Part shown: positions 8,719-16,373 of the stretch, piece by piece
Layout: each line of letters begins with the position of its first letter
Numbering within the stretch: position 1 is the first letter of the stretch
From: a virus
Virus record (IMG/VR): IMGVR_UViG_3300025122_000006
Length of the DNA stretch: 64,000 nucleotides
Strand: one strand, 5' to 3'
The notes under the pieces: model-generated
What the model was told of the DNA's origin: nothing
What the model saw: the letters and a program-made list of their open reading frames with translations, nothing else
The model's database searches: none
Position numbers and translations under genes: made by a program

Positions 8719-9672
8719 TTATCTTTTGATTTTTTTCATTATTATAGTCAATTCATCGAATTTGATATAGCCCACATCATCACTAAATAACATTTTTGTA
8801 AAATTTAATCTTGAAAAACTAGGTTCAAATTTCATTATCGCATTATCAATAAATATTCTATTGATGGGCCTAATGTTTGGTGAATATAACTGCATAATTC
8901 TGTAATTACTTTTTATTAGATCAACAGATCTGATAATGTTTTCATGTAGTTTAAGCCTTTTCCCTTGCATTGCACAACTCGTAACAATTTCTCTGCAACT
9001 GGACTCTTCTTTCCGAACCATGAAAGGAAACCTTTTTGCAATTGTCTTAAGCCCAACGCCAGACACACCTTCAAGGTTGTCACTTTTGTCACCTGCAATT
9101 GCACGAGCAAGGGCAAAATTATTGGGATGAATTTTAAACTCGTCAAGAATAGTTTGCTTTGTAACAACCCTATCTTGGATGGGTCGATAGATAGATATCG
9201 AATCATCGCAGAGTTGAAAAAAATCTTTATCGGATGAAACAATAATTTTATCCCATCCTCCGTAATAAGGGTGCCGTGCTCCGTAAGCGATAACATCATC
9301 GGCTTCAACGAAGTCAATTGTGATTTGAATGATTGGTAGTTCATTTAGATACTCCATCAGCCTGATTAATTGATAGGCTTTGTTCTTTGCTTGTTCTTTG
9401 GGGTCTAATTGGATGAGTCTCCGATTAAACCTTATAGGGGCTCTGCCCTCTTTATACTCTTTGTTAAGGGAACGCTTTCGCTGTGAACCCTCATGGCCAT
9501 CCCACACGACTATAACCTCTTGGGGTTGGAATTTTCGGCACACCTTCTGTAGGGATTTTAGAAACCCTATGCACCCTCCGATGGGATTTCCGTGTTTGTC
9601 GAGAGTGGGGTTAACAATGTAACTCCGAATGAACATATTAAGTCCATCAATAAACATAACCTTGCTCATCAT
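8719..9672 (-). CDS. 5'-3' exonuclease / flap endonuclease (T4 RNase H-like)
   Basis: Motifs FIDGLN, VVWDG, EYKEGR, EADDVIA, SSDKDFFQL and GDKSDNLEGVSGVGLKT (H3TH). Confidence 0.93.
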   Translation of the reverse strand: MMSKVMFIDGLNMFIRSYIVNPTLDKHGNPIGGCIGFLKSLQKVCRKFQPQEVIVVWDGHEGSQRKRSLNKEYKEGRAPIRFNRRLIQLDPKEQAKNKAYQLIRLMEYLNELPIIQITIDFVEADDVIAYGARHPYYGGWDKIIVSSDKDFFQLCDDSISIYRPIQDRVVTKQTILDEFKIHPNNFALARAIAGDKSDNLEGVSGVGLKTIAKRFPFMVRKEESSCREIVTSCAMQGKRLKLHENIIRSVDLIKSNYRIMQLYSPNIRPINRIFIDNAIMKFEPSFSRLNFTKMLFSDDVGYIKFDELTIIMKKIKR

Positions 9673-9821
9673 TTCTCCACAATTTCGTATGTGTAAGCTG
9701 CTTTGGGGTAATGATATTCTAGAACCTTTGTCTCATTCAGGGCTCTAAATTTTGTTTCTCGGTCTTCAATCAAATATCCATAAAATTGAATGTTTTCATG
9801 TTTGATTAAAATCTTCTTCAT
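9669..9821 (-). CDS. Small hypothetical protein, 50 aa (MKKILIKHENIQFYGYLIED...), absent from the ORF track
   Basis: GGAGGACAAT RBS, own sigma70 promoter, and ATGA overlap with the exonuclease start. Confidence 0.7.
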   Translation of the reverse strand: MKKILIKHENIQFYGYLIEDRETKFRALNETKVLEYHYPKAAYTYEIVEK

Positions 9822-9843
9822 ATTGTCCTCCGATTATAATTAT

Positions 9844-9872
9844 AATATAACCCATCAAAGAACAATTGTCAA
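9844..9872 (-). promoter_or_regulatory. Sigma70-type promoter
   Basis: TTGACA-17 nt-TATATT. Confidence 0.8.
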
Positions 9873-9883
9873 GTTTTTTAAAT

Positions 9884-9917
9884 AAAAAAAACCCCCTCAT
9901 CAAAAGACAAGGGGGTT
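9884..9917 (-). terminator. Intrinsic terminator after recA
   Basis: AACCCCCT/AGGGGGTT stem followed by a T-tract on the minus strand. Confidence 0.8.
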
Positions 9918-9949
9918 CCAGGAGAAAAAATATGATAACAAAAGCAAAA

Positions 9950-11071
9950 CTACTTTTCGTCATCTAGAGAGAAATTTTTTCCTTCAGAATCAAACTTTTT
10001 AATAATCTCTTCATCCATAATTTCAAACACAATTGATTTGAATTTTTTGTCTTTAAGTTTATCAAGCCAGCCTGACGCTCGGAACCTGTGCTCCTTACCT
10101 TTTGAATCAGTAAGGTAGTACCATCCACCACCTACCCGAAAACGAGCAGATTGTGATAGTCGTAACGCTTCAAGCCAAGACTCTTCGTCTTGAATTCCAA
10201 CTCTGTCTCCCCAGAGTATCTTGAAACCACAAGTCCGTCCCTCGGTACCGAATCGAGACTTTTCAATCTTGACCTTGACCTCGGAACCAATCCGTAAACC
10301 AGTATCATCAGTAACGTATGCTGCCTTTGCCTTACGTTTTGTTAACCAAATTCGCATAGAACTGAAGTATCCAATCGCTTTTCCACCGGGGGCGATGAAA
10401 GGCGTTGTCATAGCTTCGGCAACGTTATTGGTGATATTGGTTTTCAACTGATTAACCAAAATGAGAGTACATTGTTGATTAGCCAAAGGGATTGTGAGCT
10501 TTGGAAAAGCCTTAGCAAAAATGCGAGGCTTAACCGCCATTGTTGATTGAGGGTTGAAATCAGACTCAATCTCTTTCTCTGATGAAGTAGCGGCAATGCT
10601 ATCCCAGATGAAAAGAAACTGCGTTTCTGGATATTCACCCATCGAATCTTCAATGGTTTCCAAAGTCTTTTCCACCGAAACTGCTTGGACATAGAGAAAA
10701 TTTTCACTAGTATCCACTCCAGCATCAACAAGAAACTTTGGATCGATGGCACTTTCGGCGTCAAAGTAGACGACGAACATCCCCATCTTTTGAGCATTTG
10801 CAGCTATTTGCACAGCCATAAAAGATTTACCAGCAGTGCTCAACCCTGCTATTTCGGTAATCTTTCCAACGGGAATTCCACCATACTTTCCTCTAACTGT
10901 AATAGAGTCAAGCCAGCGAGATCCTGTTGGAATCCATTGTTTTACTTCGGTGGGATTGTCTTCCCGAAGATCATGTGCAACGTCCATGCCAACTTTTTTG
11001 TTGACGAACTTTTTCATTGCAGAGATATCTATTTTTCCTGGTTTGGTAGTCATTTTAATTACTTTGCCCAA
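9950..11071 (-). CDS. recA: RecA/UvsX recombinase
   Basis: Motifs IPTGS..LD, GGIPVGKITEIAGLSTAGKS, FDAE, WDSIAA, ILVNQ and PGGKAIGYFSSMRI. Start moved to TTG 11071 behind AAGGAGG, because the ORF-track start lies inside a terminator. Confidence 0.93.
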   Translation of the reverse strand: MGKVIKMTTKPGKIDISAMKKFVNKKVGMDVAHDLREDNPTEVKQWIPTGSRWLDSITVRGKYGGIPVGKITEIAGLSTAGKSFMAVQIAANAQKMGMFVVYFDAESAIDPKFLVDAGVDTSENFLYVQAVSVEKTLETIEDSMGEYPETQFLFIWDSIAATSSEKEIESDFNPQSTMAVKPRIFAKAFPKLTIPLANQQCTLILVNQLKTNITNNVAEAMTTPFIAPGGKAIGYFSSMRIWLTKRKAKAAYVTDDTGLRIGSEVKVKIEKSRFGTEGRTCGFKILWGDRVGIQDEESWLEALRLSQSARFRVGGGWYYLTDSKGKEHRFRASGWLDKLKDKKFKSIVFEIMDEEIIKKFDSEGKNFSLDDEK

Positions 11072-11083
11072 TGCAGCCTCCTT

Positions 11084-11115
11084 AAAAAAAGCCGCCACTT
11101 TTTAACCAAGGGCGG
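11084..11115 (-). terminator. Intrinsic terminator after the SSB gene
   Basis: CCGCC.CTT/AAG.GGCGG stem followed by T7. Confidence 0.65.
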
Positions 11116-11150
11116 ACGGCGTACCCTTTACAACACAGGAGGACTACGAC

Positions 11151-11915
11151 CTATTTATCATTCATAAATTCCTGAAAGGCCTTGTCAACGCCCGAACCTA
11201 CTTGACTATACTTACTAGTCTCAGTTGAATTAGTTTCGGAGGACGCATCAGTAGAGAGAAAAGCATCAAGTAGGGCTTGAAGTTCTTCTGATGTTTTGCG
11301 TTCAAATAGACCAGCAATATCAGGAATAGATTCAAGCAGTTCTTCACAATCAGCTATAGCTTCATCACAAAGGACACTCGGGCGTCGACGAGGTTTCAAG
11401 ACGGTCTTAGGAAAAGATCCTGGAGTCCCTGGGATATCATAATTGAGCACAATATCAGTACCGGCTTCAGTATCAGTGATATCGCCATAGTCAGGGTCGA
11501 GGACGTAACCCAGAAGGGTCTCGTATGCGATCTTTCCATAAGACCAAACTTTAACTCCCTCGGATTCTTTGCCACGAACAATAATGGGAGAATAGTAGCG
11601 CTTACGAACAAAAAGCTTTTTTGCTTCTGTTTTGAGTGTTACATCGTCATTCTCTACACCTTCACGCCACAATTTTGACGCAAATTCACAGATTGGACAA
11701 TCTTCTCCATGATTCTTCTTTGGACATAGAAGTCCGGGGTTTTTGCCTACATTATAGTGGAAATGAAACTCCTTGAAGGGATCTCCATCTTCTGTAGGAA
11801 GAATACGAACGGTTTGATCGCCTTGTGCAGGGCGCCATTTCGTACTGTTAGATGCACGTTTGCCAGTTTTAGATGCATTCAATTTGGCTCGCATCGTTTC
11901 AATATTAATAGCCAT
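11151..11915 (-). CDS. Single-stranded DNA-binding protein (T4 gp32-like)
   Basis: WRP...VRILP...PF...HY...CPK..GE.CPICE (Zn site), RYY, VKVWSYGK, DYGDITD...G.D and an acidic tail; adjacent to recA. Confidence 0.85.
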   Translation of the reverse strand: MAINIETMRAKLNASKTGKRASNSTKWRPAQGDQTVRILPTEDGDPFKEFHFHYNVGKNPGLLCPKKNHGEDCPICEFASKLWREGVENDDVTLKTEAKKLFVRKRYYSPIIVRGKESEGVKVWSYGKIAYETLLGYVLDPDYGDITDTEAGTDIVLNYDIPGTPGSFPKTVLKPRRRPSVLCDEAIADCEELLESIPDIAGLFERKTSEELQALLDAFLSTDASSETNSTETSKYSQVGSGVDKAFQEFMNDK

Positions 11916-11989
11916 AGTGGTTCTCCTAGTTTTGCTATTTTAAGGTCAGCAGGGTTTCAACCTTACTGCCAAGTGTTCATTATGTATAT

Positions 11990-12018
11990 AATATAACATA
12001 GTTTTGCTTCCTTGTCAA
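11990..12018 (-). promoter_or_regulatory. Sigma70-type promoter for SSB
   Basis: TTGACA-17 nt-TATATT. Confidence 0.8.
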
Positions 12019-12069
12019 GAAAAAAATGAACATTTTTTTAAGGAGAAAAATGAACAAAAACCCAAGGGA

Positions 12070-12324
12070 CTACCCTCGAATAGTGACGCTTCGATGTGAT
12101 ACTCTAACAGAACCAATGACCGAATTGTGATTAAAGGTACGATAGGCTCCTTTATCAATATCGTAAACTGTTTCAAAACCCGGACGAAGATTTCTAGACC
12201 GAGTAGAAACGTTAGTAAACGATGCAGGAAGGTCAGTTACTTTAATAAAAGACATCGTGCGTTTTTCACCTTTTTGTGTGGTGAATGTACCAGTGTGAAC
12301 TGGGAATTGTTGTGTAATGCTCAT
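12070..12324 (-). CDS. Small SH3-like beta-barrel protein (WYL_2/DUF2693-like)
   Basis: FTTQKGEKRTM...TVYDIDKGAYRTFN resembles the F.KxDGxxRxM...VxDxExxxWRSF pattern; AAGGAG RBS. Confidence 0.55.
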   Translation of the reverse strand: MSITQQFPVHTGTFTTQKGEKRTMSFIKVTDLPASFTNVSTRSRNLRPGFETVYDIDKGAYRTFNHNSVIGSVRVSHRSVTIRG

Positions 12325-12353
12325 AGATTCTCCTTTTTGTTGAACATATATAT

Positions 12354-12382
12354 AATGTAACCTGTTGTGGTTAGGTTGTCAA
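12354..12382 (-). promoter_or_regulatory. Sigma70-type promoter
   Basis: TTGACA-17 nt-TACATT. Confidence 0.7.
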
Positions 12383-13212
12383 ATATTATTTTCTTCTTTT
12401 TTTTCAATTTCTTGAATGTAATGCGTATAATGCTTAGTATAATAATAATTTGTGTCCTCAGTTGTGGACCAAATTGCGAATGAGGTTTCTCTCTCTAACT
12501 TTTTGTTCTTTCCGACCATTACTTTAATGGTTGGAAGAAGATCAATGTCGTTAGCTAAATCATCTTCATTTATATTTATAATATAACTCGTTTCGGTTAT
12601 GTTGTCAAGCAAAAAGAGCAACTTTTCTTCTTTTTTCTCTACCTCGCCATGGCCAAGAGTTGCTATCCTACTAACTTCTTTAGGGGCATGCACAGAGCTA
12701 AACTCCGGGTTTACATTCTTGCAATAATTGAGCGTATGCATGACAGAATAGACATAATGATTAACTTTCTCATAATATTTATAAACTGTACCATGACCTG
12801 CTATGTCCAATAGCAATTTATTATCTAATATTATTAGTTCTTCAATCATACCAGACCGAGCATATTCTTGAAGAACATTAAAATGAACCTTGTGTCTCAA
12901 TTTTTCTTCTCTCGAAGAATATTCGAGGTCGGGACATAGATAAATAACTTGCATTTTAACGTGCTTGAGACCCTCTAGAACGCGCAGCGTAGCTCCAGCA
13001 ATCTTACCACTCCCGCAAACAAATAGAATGCCTTCAGAGGCGGATTTGATGGCCTTACGTCGAGGCCTGTAATTAATCTGATCATATTCTTCAACGGTCT
13101 TACATTTTTTTATTCCTTTACCAGCATCAAGCAATACAATTTCATATTGTTTGTGCTTTTTAAACAGAGAGGCTATGCTGCAGCCTGCATTACCAAGACC
13201 TATAATTACCAT
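12379..13212 (-). CDS. Tubulin/FtsZ-superfamily protein (PhuZ/TubZ-like, divergent)
   Basis: N-terminal IIGLGNAGCSIA (T1 loop), FVCGSGKIAGA at the position of the GGGTGSG signature, and IILDN...YEKVN. Confidence 0.7.
   Translation of the reverse strand: MVIIGLGNAGCSIASLFKKHKQYEIVLLDAGKGIKKCKTVEEYDQINYRPRRKAIKSASEGILFVCGSGKIAGATLRVLEGLKHVKMQVIYLCPDLEYSSREEKLRHKVHFNVLQEYARSGMIEELIILDNKLLLDIAGHGTVYKYYEKVNHYVYSVMHTLNYCKNVNPEFSSVHAPKEVSRIATLGHGEVEKKEEKLLFLLDNITETSYIININEDDLANDIDLLPTIKVMVGKNKKLERETSFAIWSTTEDTNYYYTKHYTHYIQEIEKKEENNI
12580..12608 (-). promoter_or_regulatory. Sigma70-type promoter embedded in the tubulin-like CDS
   Basis: TTGACA-17 nt-TATATT with the same flanks as the intergenic promoters. 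Confidence 0.6.
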
Positions 13213-13655
13213 GTTTTTTCTCCATCTTTGAAATGTATATTACAAAAATAATAAAGATTATTCCAAGTAATTATGTTATTATAATGAACGGGGTTTTGAT
13301 ACCACTTAATCATTTCAGAATTATAATCAAAACAAACTTGTGCCTTGTTTTTTCTTACTATGTCGTAACACTTAAAATTTTCATCCTGATATAAAAGATT
13401 TATTTTATATTCTACTTGGTGACCATCCTGAAAAAGTATTACCACCTTGGTTTCATCAATGAAATCAAACCTAACTCGTTCAGAGTTACTTGAGGTAATT
13501 TCATAATGGTTTAAGCTTTGTTCAGCTAAAGTATTATTATCGCCGTTAATTTCGATAGTATGACCAGATAAAGAAAATTTATACAGCCCTATAGTTGTCA
13601 TTCTGACAGTGTCCGCAAAAGCAGACATAAAAAATATTAAAATAAAAACTATCAT
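13206..13655 (-). CDS. Hypothetical protein with an N-terminal signal peptide
   Basis: MIVFILIFFMSAFA-D; GGAGGA RBS; coupled to the upstream ORF. Confidence 0.55.
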   Translation of the reverse strand: MIVFILIFFMSAFADTVRMTTIGLYKFSLSGHTIEINGDNNTLAEQSLNHYEITSSNSERVRFDFIDETKVVILFQDGHQVEYKINLLYQDENFKCYDIVRKNKAQVCFDYNSEMIKWYQNPVHYNNIITWNNLYYFCNIHFKDGEKTW

Positions 13656-13900
13656 TCTTCCTCCAGTTTTTCAATTTCATCTTCAAATAAATAATATACT
13701 ATTCCTTCCAATAGAACACCGTATACAGTCTTCTTGTCAAAACGAGAACTCATACTGACAACCACTCCGATTTGTCCTTGCCCTATTTTATCTATTATGG
13801 CTCGGATTTTTTCAACTCTAGGGAGGGTAACCACCAAATCTCCTTCTCTTAGTTCCACGCAAAACTCCTCATGTCTCCAAAGTTTTTCCCTATATGACAA
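13652..13900 (-). CDS. Small hypothetical protein (KOW/SH3-like)
   Basis: LREGDLV...IGVVV...YGVLL...LFEDEIE; the true start may be at about 13858, overlapping the polymerase stop. Confidence 0.5.
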   Translation of the reverse strand: MSYREKLWRHEEFCVELREGDLVVTLPRVEKIRAIIDKIGQGQIGVVVSMSSRFDKKTVYGVLLEGIVYYLFEDEIEKLEEE

Positions 13901-15042
13901 GAGGACATAAACTGTCCTAGTTTTGTATCTTCAAAAATTTGTTTTAACTGCGGAATAAGAGAACGATCGTCCCGATGAAGGTCAATAATAACACAATCGT
14001 GTATAGTAAAGGCGACATAAGATTTTTTTCCTGTTAAAAACTTTTCAAGTTTGTTGACGCGATCGAGACAATTGTCCGAGGAAGCTGATTGTAAGAGGTA
14101 GTTGAGCGCGTGAAATCTATCGCATACTGTCCTTCTACCAAGGGGCGTTTGTATTTGACCTTCTTTGTAAAATTTTTCGACGAGAGCTTCTTTACTATAG
14201 TATTCAGAATCGATAGTTTTGTTTTCCGTGTTATATAGCCAGGCAAAAAACTTTTGCTTTGCTTTTTCTCTACTAATTTCTTCTTTAAAGATGTTTTTAA
14301 TGTTCCACTCATGAATGTCCTCCTGTGGCTGTTCTTGTCCCATAAGGGATATCATTGTTCTTATCTCGGCGGCATTAAAGTCAAGCTCTAAAAAACAGTC
14401 CCACTTGGGTCGAACAATGTCCTTTAATTCGCTTTTAAGATTCATTATGGGGAATGACCCCTCCATTGTTGTAAGGCGCCCTGTGACGCTTCCAAAGAGG
14501 TTGTATTTGATGTATATATTGCTTTGTTGCTTAACCCAATGCCAAAGATGTTTTGCTTTCGCATCATATTTGGAATATTTAAAAAGTTTATGCTTGTTGA
14601 TGTTTAGTTCTCGTTTTTGTATATTTTGAAGAGTTATATAACTATCATGTAAAAGCCCGTAATGTGTTGGCTTGTCAAGATTTTCGAAAATCCATTCACA
14701 AATTTCATTCTTAGTCTGGAAATAATGCTTCAATTGTTTGCCTGGAACAAGATCAAAAAAGCATACATCGCTCACATTAATGTTAGTAGTGTAAAGAGAT
14801 TTGAAATGTGCTTTTATCTTTTGTTCAGCTGATTTCCATCTTGCTGACAAATGTACAGGGCAGATATCTGATATCGAAGATCCTTGAGTCCATAGTACAC
14901 CATATTGAATGTGGCGGTCTCTAAGATGATCAGAATAACCCCAAGTACTATCAACGTTTGTTGGGATCCTATCGTAAATAAATTTTCCATCTGTGTATAT
15001 TCCGATGCAATCTTTTTTGTCATCCATTATTTGGAATACCAT
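13849..15042 (-). CDS. Minimal family-A DNA polymerase (polymerase domain only)
   Basis: TGRLTT, motif A LDFNAAEIR, motif B REKAKQKFFAWLY, ALNYLLQS and motif C TIHDCV. Only 397 aa, with no recognisable 3'-5' exonuclease motifs. Confidence 0.85.
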   Translation of the reverse strand: MVFQIMDDKKDCIGIYTDGKFIYDRIPTNVDSTWGYSDHLRDRHIQYGVLWTQGSSISDICPVHLSARWKSAEQKIKAHFKSLYTTNINVSDVCFFDLVPGKQLKHYFQTKNEICEWIFENLDKPTHYGLLHDSYITLQNIQKRELNINKHKLFKYSKYDAKAKHLWHWVKQQSNIYIKYNLFGSVTGRLTTMEGSFPIMNLKSELKDIVRPKWDCFLELDFNAAEIRTMISLMGQEQPQEDIHEWNIKNIFKEEISREKAKQKFFAWLYNTENKTIDSEYYSKEALVEKFYKEGQIQTPLGRRTVCDRFHALNYLLQSASSDNCLDRVNKLEKFLTGKKSYVAFTIHDCVIIDLHRDDRSLIPQLKQIFEDTKLGQFMSSCHIGKNFGDMRSFAWN

Positions 15043-15050
15043 GTGTCCTC

Positions 15051-16373
15051 CTAGTATCCTGAAGAAGTTCCTCCGCCGCTTGGGCTTCTTATGGAGCCTT
15101 CTCCTCTTATTATTCGACTAGACCTGGCAGTGGGTTTTCCCTGAAGGCGCTTCCGGGAATCATCATAGCCATAATTTTTGTTCCACACTTGGTCTTTGAA
15201 TATATTACTAATATAACCAATTGCTGAAAGGTTGTCAAATTTTTTCTGAAAATATTTTGCTTTTCTTAATATTTCATTAACTTTCTGATTCGTAAATGGA
15301 AATCCTTCTTCGATATTTCTTATTTTTGTATATAAAGATAACAACTGTTTTTCTGAAAATGGTGAAAAATCATTACTGACTCTTTCTCTGGAGATGAATG
15401 TGGAAACTGTTTTCCTGCATTTTACTGTAACAACTTTTGTTCTAGGATGAACGATAGCAAATTTATTATAGTATATATTAATATTATTTATTAAATAGTT
15501 CATGTCATGTATGTGTGATAAATGATATCTATTATCAAAAATAGTACCAAGTGTAAATAAACCATATCTAGTTAAATAAGGCTTTGCTGCTGGAGAGCCA
15601 ACATCAAATAATAGAATATTTGGGTTGTTATGAACAATACTAAATCCCATGTTTAAACATAGATTTTTAAAATATTCAAATGATGGGTGATCAATTATTT
15701 CATCTATTTTTCTTTGATCAGCGTCAAAGGGCATATCAAAGTATTTTATAGCCAACCCGGTATCTAAAATAGAAGAATGAAATGATTTTAACCAACGGGA
15801 CATTGTAATCGGTTTATCATTATTAAATTCTTCAAGAAAAGGTAGAAGGGCTTTGACATAGTCGTTATAAGATGATATATTGTTTATATCGATGTTTTTC
15901 GGTATATGATCATTATTAAATCTGGACATTATTGTACCAATATATTCGTCATATTTTATTCTAGGATTTTGATATGCCTCTGTAGGGTTCATTTCTGCAA
16001 AAGCCGCCCCTTCTTTCTGTATTAACCCCTTTTGACAAGCGATTGTAAAATTAAAACGCATGTTAGAAAAAGCATCTGCCACAAAATCAAATACTCTTAA
16101 AGAACCAAATGGACCCCCGCCAAGACTTACAAGAAAAGATTCGTTTGGTATAACAGAATAATTTTCATCATCGATACATCCATAATTTAATCTTTCGAGG
16201 AAATTAAGGTCTTTAATTGCTGGAGCGCCTAAGCCATTCTTTTCTATATAAGCTCTTGTTTGGTACCTAGCCCTGTATACAGCTCTTCTACTTGTAGAAA
16301 CGGTTGTGTTTGTTGTGTCTAAATCTCTTGCCATTATAGTTTTACCTCTATCATGATATTGTTGTACCGTCAT
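15051..16373 (-). CDS. Hypothetical protein at the end of the baseplate module
   Basis: Long ORF overlapping the stop of the 1151-aa tail gene; likely start is MARDLD. Confidence 0.55.
   Translation of the reverse strand: MTVQQYHDRGKTIMARDLDTTNTTVSTSRRAVYRARYQTRAYIEKNGLGAPAIKDLNFLERLNYGCIDDENYSVIPNESFLVSLGGGPFGSLRVFDFVADAFSNMRFNFTIACQKGLIQKEGAAFAEMNPTEAYQNPRIKYDEYIGTIMSRFNNDHIPKNIDINNISSYNDYVKALLPFLEEFNNDKPITMSRWLKSFHSSILDTGLAIKYFDMPFDADQRKIDEIIDHPSFEYFKNLCLNMGFSIVHNNPNILLFDVGSPAAKPYLTRYGLFTLGTIFDNRYHLSHIHDMNYLINNINIYYNKFAIVHPRTKVVTVKCRKTVSTFISRERVSNDFSPFSEKQLLSLYTKIRNIEEGFPFTNQKVNEILRKAKYFQKKFDNLSAIGYISNIFKDQVWNKNYGYDDSRKRLQGKPTARSSRIIRGEGSIRSPSGGGTSSGY
15210..15238 (-). promoter_or_regulatory. 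Sigma70-type promoter embedded in the upstream CDS, driving the polymerase/tubulin operon
   Basis: TTGACA-17 nt-TATATT about 170 nt upstream of the polymerase RBS (GGAGGACAC). Confidence 0.65.
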
